Below are positions 24,349 to 34,144 of a DNA stretch of 34,144 bases, piece by piece. Source of the DNA: Bigelowiella natans CCMP2755 (lineage: Eukaryota; Protista; Cercozoa). The DNA lies in assembly GCA_000320545.1 (NCBI GenBank), contig ADNK01001776.1, positions 1-34,144 of the forward strand. The letters run 5' to 3'. The translations under genes and the position numbers were made by a program. Under the pieces are notes generated by a model. It was not told the origin of the DNA, searched no databases, and saw only the letters and a list, made by a program, of their open reading frames with translations. Each line of letters starts with the position of its first letter. Position 1 is the stretch's first letter.

Positions 24349-25065
24349 CTTCAACTTCTGTAAATGGTACGTGTGTGTGCGTGTTTGAGAGTTCCTGAGA
24401 CGAAATTATGCTGAAAGCACTTTTCCTCCTCTCTCCACCTCTCCCTCTAACCTTTTCCTCCTCTTCCTCTTCGACAACTTAGATAGCCGTTATGGGAGGT
24501 GCTATTGGAATAGGTGTGTGGATATGAACCTTATGCGCACGTCCACTACGACCGTTGTATGCTGTATTTATCACGACAACGAGTAGTAAGTGAATCATTC
24601 CCATTGTGAGCGTGTGCGTGCGTGCGTGCATGCGTATTCCAGAGAATTCGCAAAACGCGCTCTCACAAACGTATTCGTGATATCCGCAGGGAATCGGTCG
24701 CCTGTGGCGGAATTTAACATTCTATTGGACCCAGAAGTACTGCTACTACTTCGAGCTATTACGACTACTTCTACTACGCATTCATTCGATTATGTGCATA
24801 CCTGTTGTCGGTCATTCGCGGGGTCGAAATATCCATTAATCCTAGCGCAAGAATAACGTACAGTGCGGTGTTTGCTCCACAACAGGCAGCGCGCGTTGTG
24901 TTCTCATCGAGCATAAAGACGATCATGGTCCCGCTTGAGGTCACTCATACAGCGCTGGCGACAGGTTGAGTGCGTTCAAAACGCAGTTTCGGTTTTTCCA
25001 AGATGCGTATTCCAACGATAAGCACAAATTGAAACAAGCCACACAACACACTCAAACGCACACGT

Positions 25066-25152
<87 letters not shown>

Positions 25153-25157
25153 CAGTA

Positions 25158-25211
<54 letters not shown>

Positions 25212-26210
25212 TATGTAGAGGCGGTTTTGAAGCGGATAAAAGACTTTAACACTCCGTTTGGGGATGTAAGTTGCACGCACGCGAACACGCATAATGCATT
25301 TCATAGATCTCCGATTAACCTAAATCAGAGAATACAATACATCACATAATGTACATATCAAACATTGTACGTTTTTGCAATCTTCTATCTGATGAGAGAA
25401 AGAGGGAGAGCGCGCGAGAGTGAAATAAGGATTCATTGACTGATTGCTTCTCTCCAGATGTCGGTGGATTTGCTGACGTTCTTCAAAGACACCTATGAAC
25501 GCGTTTTCGGCTTCAAGCACCCTCCAGGTGCGCATGATTTGTGGTGCGAGAAAGGGTGTGAATCATATGATCACGTTTCTGCTGCTGTTGTACCAGTTCA
25601 TGATCCGTGCGCTATGGCCTATGTAATTGCCCCTGGAATCTTTAGAACAAGGTCGTTACTTTCTGTCGTTTTCCGTCCCTTTCAATGAGAAATATTTATA
25701 TAAATCATTTGAAATGCTTGGCAATCCCATCCAGGTAGTTTATGAGCGCTTTGTCGTATTTTGTTATTTTCCCTCCTCCCTTTTTGGTCGGTGGGTTAAT
25801 AGGTTCCTACATGTTGAAGTCGTCGTGGGAGATCACAAGTGTGCTGGACAGACGGTTTGCGATGTAAGTGGATTTCTAGCCACTGATTTATTTTTTGATT
25901 GAGGCCTGAATGCGGAATTTGAGTTTAGTGGAAGTGAAGACGCATGGAAACGCGGGTGTTTCTAATATTATATTTGAAATCTACTTCAGGTTTGGAAAGA
26001 TTTCTCGAAAGATCCTCCCAATGTACATGTTGCAGAGAAAATGGATGTTGGTAATATAACACAACGGATAATGTTGCTCGCGGACTAGTATGGACTCCAA
26101 ACTAACCATTATTCTCCTACATTTCACTCACTCCAGACAAATTTTGGGATCTCATGATTGATGCGCTGAAGTGCTGTGACAAAGCTACGCCTTTCAACGC
26201 ATTTGTGTAA
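22210..26210 (+). CDS. Inosine/uridine-preferring nucleoside hydrolase (URH1/RihA-like), about 18 exons
   Basis: Spliced: [30 protein letters not shown]...ISTVAGNQ...IHGESGL...IVATGALTNVALLL...IAVMGG...GNRSPVAEFNILLDPEAA...MVPLEVTH...PVHDPCA...GQTVCD...FWDLMIDAL. The DxDxxxDD Ca-binding motif and catalytic HDP are intact. Confidence 0.95.
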
Positions 26211-26369
26211 GAAGAGCTTAAGTTGAAATTGATAATCTTTCTGAGATCTGATGAACGCTCGTAGTTCTCTGACGTCGTGGTCATTGAACGCCTTCTGAAG
26301 GTTCAGATCAATTTTTTGTGGTACAGGGAGAAGTCGCGTGCAAGTTCCAAGTGACAAAGTTGTGGAGAG

Positions 26370-26900
26370 AGCACATGCTTGACCGACCACATGCATGTGG
26401 TCACATCTCAGCTAGCGATGCTACCCCGCAAATCAGTTTCGATCTGTCAGTAAGAGTGAATGGAGAACGATGAAATGTCACAGTTTTCAAGAGCGTGCCA
26501 TTGATGATTTGTGCGCGCAGTCACGGTTGGCTGCGTCTACGCATTGAACACGATCGCCTTTTGAGCAAAGGCTGTTTTGCTCACACCAACAACAAAGCCA
26601 CAGCTAGCTGTTGCACCTGTTCACAATGCTAGAATGGACAAAACAGCACATTGTGCAACATGGTGCATGCAGTGCAAATTGTGATGCACTGTGTCCATGC
26701 TAGCATGGTGTCCAATTGCTCTCTTGCGGCTGCCGTGATCTGGTGCGCAACTGGCGTGACTGAAATGATGTTTGCATGCAATGCACGCTGGTCCGCAAGC
26801 ACCTCGGTGATGCATGGCATTCGATGCGCCATGCCAGCATGCGACTGAGACTGCATCATGCCAGCATGGCTAGCTAGATGTGCACAAGCGATCCAGCGCG
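26370..26900. other. Palindrome-dense tract 5, downstream of the nucleoside hydrolase
   Basis: CCACATGCATGTGG near 26387-26400, CAGCTAGCTG near 26601, CCATGCTAGCATGG at 26695-26708, TTGCATGCAA, CTAGCTAG. Confidence 0.75.
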
Positions 26901-27127
26901 ATGTCAAAGCTCATTCTCATGCGCTCCACATCAACGGCGTAAATTCTCTCCCTGACCCATGTGCACCCCCTTGACATTTGCCTGTTCCTCCTCCATCAAA
27001 TGCTTCGGACGAGGAAGATGATTTGTTCTGCCATGCCTCAGATGCTGCAGCCTCATGCTGCAAAGATCGATCCAGAGATGTCCATCTTTTCGTCGTCAAT
27101 TGTTCGTCGTCGTTGTCGATGCTGTGG

Positions 27128-27163
27128 TTAGACACGGTTGCTCTATTTAGACACGGTTGCTCT
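27128..27163. repeat. Short direct tandem duplication TTAGACACGGTTGCTCT x2 (period 19)
   Basis: Exact 17-bp copies at 27128-27144 and 27147-27163. Confidence 0.9.
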
Positions 27164-27491
27164 GTTCATTTCTGCGGTGAGCTACCCTCAAATTGTGATG
27201 ATGATGATGACGATGACTCGCGTTGTCACGGATGAGGACGATGATGATGGATCATGAAATTCGGCAAGGATCACTGACCATGAACAATGTTTGGGAATGT
27301 CTGACGCTGAAAGTGAAGGTAGCCCTGCATTTTATGAGTGCGACATCAAAAAATATTTGACGTAGAGAATGAATTGTACGGATTTGTCCTTCCTTTGGAG
27401 CAGAAGGCTCCAAGACGAAATTCTGTTCTGAAGCAAGCTACACTCTTCTCCCCCCTCTTCCCTTCAAGAAGCTCTACGGCGGAAGGAGAGC

Positions 27492-30387
27492 ATGAGGCTC
27501 TTTCTCGCGGATACTGGTCGGAGCTTTCCGATACAGGCCGATCCGACGGACACGTAAGCATACACGGCATGATTTCCACTAAACTTGTTTCGTGATGGGA
27601 AAATTCCGAAAGAAGGAAAAGGGACGTCCTTCCTCTCTCCCTACCACCGGAAGAAAATCCTGCCATTGATTGGCAATTGCACCACAGCATCCTTCATAGT
27701 TTTAAGAGATTTATTCAGTTTGCTGACATACACAGTTTACAGCAGCATGACATCCTTGTGAGCAGTTCTCCCGGGAGCCATGAATGTCATAATGTTGTGC
27801 ACATCCTCCCCACTCCCTCCCCCTCTTAGGATTGCCAGCCTTCATGAACGACTAGAGTTGGAGACAGGAATCCCAATAAAATCTCAGATCTTGCTCACAG
27901 CACAAGGATCTACCTTTGACTCAAAAGCTAGAGTTGCTGACTATCCGAAGCTTACTAAGAATCCTGACGTTCCGGTGTTCCTTTTCAATCGCACGTTCAT
28001 TCTTGAGCCTCCAGCCCAGTCCTCGGAGGGATCAAGCTCAGACTCCAAACAGGGTAAGAGATGGTGATGCAATTTTGAAGTATTTCTGGGAGAAATCTGG
28101 TTGAGGAGGTAGGGGGGGTGGAGGTGATTGGAGCAAATGCAAATTGGAAAGAGGTCAAAACCGATGGCGTTTGAAATTTTTACATGATCCGTAATCCCTT
28201 ACAATAACCATCCTGTTACACAGGGGGTCCAATTCTTTTTGATGCAAGCTTGGTGTCAGCCTCCTGCTTTCGTATCTATGAGTTTAGCTTTGAGAATAAG
28301 AGCCCTCTCGACGTCACGCATGTGTTGGGAGAGTACCAGAGGCATTTCGAGAATCAGCTCCGCCAGGCACGCGCTTACATCGAAAGCCATGGCAAACGTC
28401 ATGAGGCCTCCTGCACGATCCTGAGAGCTCTCGATGCAAAGAACCACGCACTGAGGGCTGCGTACAACAGGTATTGTTTGAGAAGGAGGGGAGGACGGGG
28501 AAGATAGATAGATGTATGCATGATACTTTGAAGACTGAATAATTGAAGAGCCCAAGGATTTTTTTTGCTAATCTTTCGATCTCTCCTCGTCGTTGTGGGG
28601 GCGGTGGTGATGGTGGTCGTGGTCGTTTACGCTTTACACGCAGCCTGAACGCCCATCTCGATTCGGTTCTGAAGTCAATGAGCAAGTTTGACCAATCATT
28701 TACGCGCCTCTCGGAAGAAAACGATGGACTGCTAGGGGGGTTTGAGACCGATCTTGTACGTCTAGGGAAGATCCGCGTGGAGCCAGCCTTATTCGCCACT
28801 GCGACAGCACTAGGACCCCTCTCATCGAGTGCCCGGTCGTCGTCGTCCAACAAGCCACGCACACTGCTCGACATCCTTCCTGAGGCGCGCCTGAGAGATT
28901 GGGCACGAAATTGCTCGATGCGGCAACAACAGCTGAAAGAGGCGGTGGGGGGGTTGCGGACAAGCTTCGAGAGGCTAATGAGAGACGTTAAGGACCACGG
29001 CAGTAACCATTTTCATGGCATTCTCACGAAGCTAGAAGAGAAAGTCACGTCCAGCGGTAAGTAGTAAATATTAGCCATAGGAAGAGGGCTAAAGTTCTCT
29101 TCCTCCTCCTCCTCCTCCTCCTCCTCCTCCTCCTTGTACTTGTCCTGCTCCTGATTCAAGTGCTTGGTTGCATGATGGTGGATTTAAACAACCATCTTCA
29201 TAACAATATGCAGGAAAGCTATGCGTGGAGTCAGAGAATCTTACAGAGATCCTTGGGGACGACGTGAATTGGGTGAAACAGGTTGTCGTGGTAGCAGTAG
29301 TAGTTGTAGTAGTTTGTAGTAGGGGTGAGGGTTAGAGCAGACGAATGACGAATAAATCAAAATATATGAATAATACAGGTGATGAGCCACACCCATCATA
29401 TGGACGATCTCCGAATCTTCACGTCTAAAGCCCGCGACAAGGACATCGAGCACTGCCACAAGCTGAGCTCAGTGAGAGATTACTACGATGCCGCCAGAAG
29501 GCCTCTGGAGTCCCTCTACGAGTGCCGCAAGGAGCACAACAGCTTCTTCTACCAAAGACTCGCGGCCATTTCCGAGCTTCAGACCAAAATACGCAGTTGC
29601 AAGAAGAAGGTAGTAGATGACGGGTTGCTTTGCAGGCTTGCGGATTGGGGAATGGTAAGGGGGGGGGAGGGGGAGGGGAGAAGACAGACAATGCTAGGTC
29701 TTTTATCAGAGGGTGGATATTTTATGATAAATTGCATGAATGCCATGGCAAAAATTACGACGATGAAGATGATCGATCATCGTCGCAGTTCTCTTCCTGC
29801 TCCTTTCCCCCCCCCCTCCCCCCCCTCACCCCTAACCACCTCCCGCACCTCTATTAGTTAAGTCTGTACAAGGAGGGCAGCGAAAGCTTGCGACGCATGT
29901 GTGTGGAGCTGAAAAAGACCAAGGCTCTGCCAGGGGTGTACAAGGCCTGTGTTCAAGAAACAAAACGCCGTTATGTTTTCCAGAAACGGTGCTGCGTTAG
30001 GAAGAGGGGGGGGAGGGGGGAGAATTTGGAAACATTCATTAATCATAGAAACATGAATATATGTACGGTGCAAAGACTACTGGTTGCTTCCTCCACATCC
30101 TTCCATATGGCCAGTGGATTATATATCCTTCCCTCCCCTTCCCTTCTCGCTCTCACTCCTCCGCCTCCCCTCCTCGTATATAGGTTTTTATCGCTCGTTA
30201 GCAGCTTCGAGAAGAAGCTGATTAAGGTGCACGAGGAAGAGACGCAAGCAAGGACAGATTTCGCCAAGGGCCGATGGGAGTACCTTACTCCTGAATTCTT
30301 CCCCTTTCTACGATACCCCCCTCCGAAAGTGCACATCAATGTCAAGAACGTGGGAGAGATTCCCAATGTAAGTGATCAACAATTTTG

Positions 30388-30425
<38 letters not shown>

Positions 30426-32699
30426 ATATGGTTCTGCATGTAACAATGAATGTGTTAGCATTAACGCTTCATGTCGTCTTTTATATTCCAAATAATCTGA
30501 TGAAGAATGAATAAGCTGGAAGATGCCATTCTCCCCCGACCCTCTCTCCGGCTACTAACCCTATTTGTCCTCCTCCTCCTCCTCCTAAATTACTTCTTCA
30601 TCTTTCCAGCTCTTCGGTCCGGAAGAACAAGATGATGGTGATGAGAAAGTGCAGGAAGGTGTTGATGACCATAAAGATGGAGGCACCGAGGGCAAGGATG
30701 GGCGTGACTCTGAATCAATGCAGAAGCAAATTGAGCGACTTACAGGTGGTTGTTGTTGTTGTTGTTGTTGTCTTCTTTCGTGCAAAAAACAACTAACTAC
30801 GCATTATGATCAAACATCTATGCCGAATCTGACTAGTCTTCCATACGCTAACGCCGCCCCCCCCCCTCCTCCTCCCCTACAGAGGCTCTACGAATTGCGG
30901 AACGCAAGTTGCTGGAGGCGACTAGCAAGATGAAAGAGGGAGACGTGAAGAAGATAACAACAGCAGCAGCAGCAGCAGCAGCAGCAGTAGCAGCAGCCTC
31001 CTCTTCCTCGCCCCCCTCCTCATCAAACGACGATCATAACATGACCGTTTCTACGATAGAAGCGGAGCACGTAACCCCTGTTAAGGTGATGGCGGCCGAC
31101 ATTAGCGTGATCGAGGAGAGACCGAATCAGCAGCAGCTGCTGGCGAAACAACGGGAGAGCGAAGAAAGAATCTCACGCCTCGTACAGGTAGTGTTGTAGG
31201 CTGGCAGATTGTTGTGGAAAGCAGAATATCTTTCTTCTTGCGATGAGGCTGGACGATTTGAATTATGAACGGATTCAAAGTCCTCCTAAGCGGCCCTGCT
31301 GCTGCTGTTGCTGCTGCTGCTTAGTTAGTGGGCTGTGGAGCAGTGCTTTGACCATATCACAGAAAGAGATGCAGCTGGCTCGTCGTTGTTTTTCGATTTT
31401 CTTGCTGAATAAACCAATCCACACACCTCTCTCATTGATATTGTACTGTCATTACACCTACTGCCTACTCCTCCTCCTCCTCCTCCTCCTCTAAGGCAAA
31501 GGAGCAGCTGCAGGAGCAGAACCAGAACCTACGAGATAAGATGCTGGAGATGCAGGTTTCCTTGCAGGAGGCGCAACAGAACAACGCGCATTTGGAGGTA
31601 GTAGTAGCAGTAGTAGTAGTAGTAGGAGGAGGAGGAGGAGGAGGAGGAGGAGGAGGAGGAGAATGAACGTAACCAATTGGAGAGAAGAATCACAAGTATA
31701 TTATTGGCTAGTAATGCCATGGACAAAGCACTTTCCTTCGGAGATCAATGCTATTAATTTCTTCAACTTTAAAAGCCTTCTCTCCCCCCCCCCTCCCTCA
31801 CGGCTCACTCCCCTCCACGCTCAGGTTAGGGTGAACCAGATGCACCAGGATAAGCGCGGGCGCGAGGAGGAGATGGAACAGATGGGGACGAAAGTCGCCC
31901 TGCTCTTGGAGGACAACCGTCAGCTGCGGCAGCGGGAGGATAGGGAGGACATGTGGAAAGAACTCGCCAGTGCGCGCATCTCCTTCCGAAGCTTCCAGCT
32001 GAACGACGTCGCTCTGTTTTATAGGAGGGGGGGGATGGGGCAGAGCTCCTCGTCGCCAGGAAATGGGTCAAAGCGAGGTGCCAGCAAGGAAATTAGTAGC
32101 AGTAGTAGTAATAGTAGTAATAGTAATAGTAGTAGTAGGAGGGGGGGGGCGCAGCAGCATTACGTGGCCTTCAACCAAGGCTGCCCGCACCGCTATCTGG
32201 CTCCTGAGTGCAGAAGCGTGCTCAAGTCTAATCCCCTATTCGTCCTGGGGAAGATTGTACAGGTAGTTTCTGGCGTGGTAGGGTTTATAGGATCGGTGGG
32301 GAGAGATACAAGGAACAGCTGCGCAAATGTTTGTGAGAGTTGATGATGACGACGATGATGAGCAGTATGGTGGTGATGATGATGGGAGCAGACGTGCGAA
32401 AAAAGCTGCTTAATCGTAATCGGTATGGAGAGCACCTTGTTGCTTTGTTCTTCCGGCCTAGCGGTACAGACAGACATCATCGTGTCCGTACCAAACCAAT
32501 CATCGGAACAAGTTGTCAGAGTTCCGTCGTCGTCGTCGTCGTCGTCGTTGCTGTGAGAGTAGCTGCATGGGTGCTTCTATGATGCTGACAGTCGCTTTTG
32601 CATTAGTCACGGAAGGGGCAGGCAAGATCACCAAAAATCAGCGATAACCCTTACGGGCTGCCCATTGGAACAGTGTTTTACTCTCTGATCGTCGAGTGA
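27492..32699 (+). CDS. ATG11: Autophagy scaffold ATG11/RB1CC1(FIP200)-like protein, multi-exon
   Basis: N-terminal ubiquitin-like region (MRLFLADTGRSF...TGIPIKSQILL...VFLFNR), helical ATG17-like region (LPGVYKACVQETKRR..F), coiled coils, and a C-terminal claw domain (RISFRSFQLNDVALF...YVAFNQGCPHRYL...FVLGKIVQ...NPYGLPIGTVFYSLIVE*). Confidence 0.9.
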
Positions 32700-33149
32700 G
32701 ATCTTTCGCAGTAGTAGTAGTAGTTGTAGTAGTAGTAGTAGTCGTAGTAGTAGCAGTAACAGCAGCAGCAAGCAGCAGTTAGTGTTGTTGTTGTTGTTGT
32801 TGCTGTCGTGGTGGTGGTTGTGGTTGCAACTGTGTTGTGGGAATCGTCCGGGTGCTATGGAGCTCTTGCGTGTGCTGTTGATTATTGTGGTTGTCTTCTA
32901 CTGCTTCTTCTTTCCTTCGATTCCTCCAGCCAACGACTGAAACGATTTTCTATATCTTGCATTTAAGGTTTATCGGAAAACCGTCATCTTATCAAAAGGG
33001 CGAGACGAAGGAAAATAGTTAGTTAATTGCAGCCCTATTTTTAGGTCCACGCCGTTCAGACGTTCACTCGTTCATATAAAGCTATATATTTGTTACATAG
33101 CCGTACCATCGCTTTTATTTATACACCCAGCGCGTGTCTGTGCGTTGAC

Positions 33150-33710
33150 CTACATGTTTCAATCGCGCGGCTTTCTAGCCATGCATTGCATTGTGTGAAA
33201 CTGCAAAGTCTACTGGGCGGCGCGCGATTGAGCATGTGAACATAAATTTTCCTTACATGACAATAGACTCGTAATAACATGAACGTACCTACTCGCCGAT
33301 CAAATACAAGCTTGTATTAAAAGCGAATTTAGCTGGCACGCACTTAGTTGTATGGCGCATATGATGAGAGGCAGCAATCCGCAAACGCCACCGCCTATCA
33401 ACAAGACGTACGCGCGCAGATGCACAAAGTGCAGGCTAGCAGGCAATTTGCGCAGAATCTATGGTGCACGCTATACGTTTTTCATCACAATGCTAATGCT
33501 TGCAGCTTGGCGCTGTACGTCATTCATCCGTTCGCAATGATGTACGTTCTTCTTTATTATATCTAGATATGGGTTATGCATCATCTAGATGTATGTCGGG
33601 CCCGACGACATTCCATCATCGATTATCATCATCATCATGTAATCGCCAAATACTACTAGCTAGCTAGAGTGATGGATACAACGGTGGAAAATTCTACGTG
33701 TACACTCTTG
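33150..33710. other. Palindrome-dense tract 6, downstream of ATG11
   Basis: CGCGCG (several), ATATCTAGATAT at 33559-33570, CATCTAGATG at 33582-33591, CTAGCTAGCTAG at 33656-33667. Confidence 0.7.
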
Positions 33711-33967
33711 CAGCTTCTTCGGCGACACCATTCACATCAACTTAGTCCTGCAGTAGTATTTTTCCTAGCAGTCTTCTCACACAAATAAAATCTAATGCCA
33801 ATCTAGCAATGGCGATTTTGGTGATAAGGTAGACGGAGGAGAGGGGGGGGGGGGGGGGGGGGTGAAAACTGTACAGGATGAAAATGTTCAGGGCAGTGAT
33901 TCAAACTTTTGAAGGCTTGTTTCTGGAAGAATCTTTGGGATCATGTCACACGCTGAACTTGATTCAA

Positions 33968-34144
33968 TTAGATTTTGGTTTGATCTAGGCTCTCCACAAA
34001 GCTCGGACCAAACAGAGGGCGGTTTTCAATCAACTCCTTTGCGGTGGACTTCATGCTATCAGTGGGTGAACTTGTTGAGTTGGCGGCCAAAACGACATGA
34101 CCAACAGGAAGTGCGCATAGTTTGTTCGGGAGTGAAAACTGCTC
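33968..34144 (-). CDS. Possible 3' end of a minus-strand gene continuing beyond the window
   Basis: Open frame from the window edge reads SSFHSRTKLCALPVGHVVLAANSTSSPTDSMKSTAKELIENRPLFGPSFVESLDQTKI*. No recognisable motif. It is consistent with the alternating gene pattern. Confidence 0.35.
   Translation of the reverse strand, partial: EQFSLPNKLCALPVGHVVLAANSTSSPTDSMKSTAKELIENRPLFGPSFVESLDQTKI

Noticed and set aside
3300-33710. Palindrome tracts as MITEs, CRISPR-like arrays or tRNA/snoRNA genes
   Set aside because: No terminal inverted repeats, target-site duplications, regularly spaced repeats, cloverleafs or extended similarity between tracts were visible by eye.

Overview
Gene-dense nuclear DNA from a microbial eukaryote (lineage not determinable here). 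It has GT-AG spliceosomal introns packed with microsatellites, so most ORF-track entries are repeat-derived or shadow ORFs. Manual splicing gives ten genes plus a possible partial one: UTP18 (+, 5' end outside the window), an intronless ependymin-like secreted protein (-), a GT11-like glycosyltransferase (+), a fungal-type ILV6 (-), a secreted EF-hand protein (+), an intronless WWE-DNA ligase-RanBP2 zinc finger fusion (-), an 18-exon PhyH-family Fe(II)/2OG enzyme with HxG instead of HxD (+), a stand-alone S1-S4 voltage-sensor protein missed by the ORF track (-), an IU nucleoside hydrolase (+), ATG11 (+), and a possible 3' gene end (-). The strongest architectural signal is near-strict alternation of gene orientation. 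Head-to-head spacers are short. Every tail-to-tail spacer holds about 0.3-0.7 kb dense in short perfect palindromes (CATG, TGCA, CTAG, AGCT), and the 12-mer CATGCTAGCATG occurs in three such tracts. All gene models are hand-built and unverified by transcripts.
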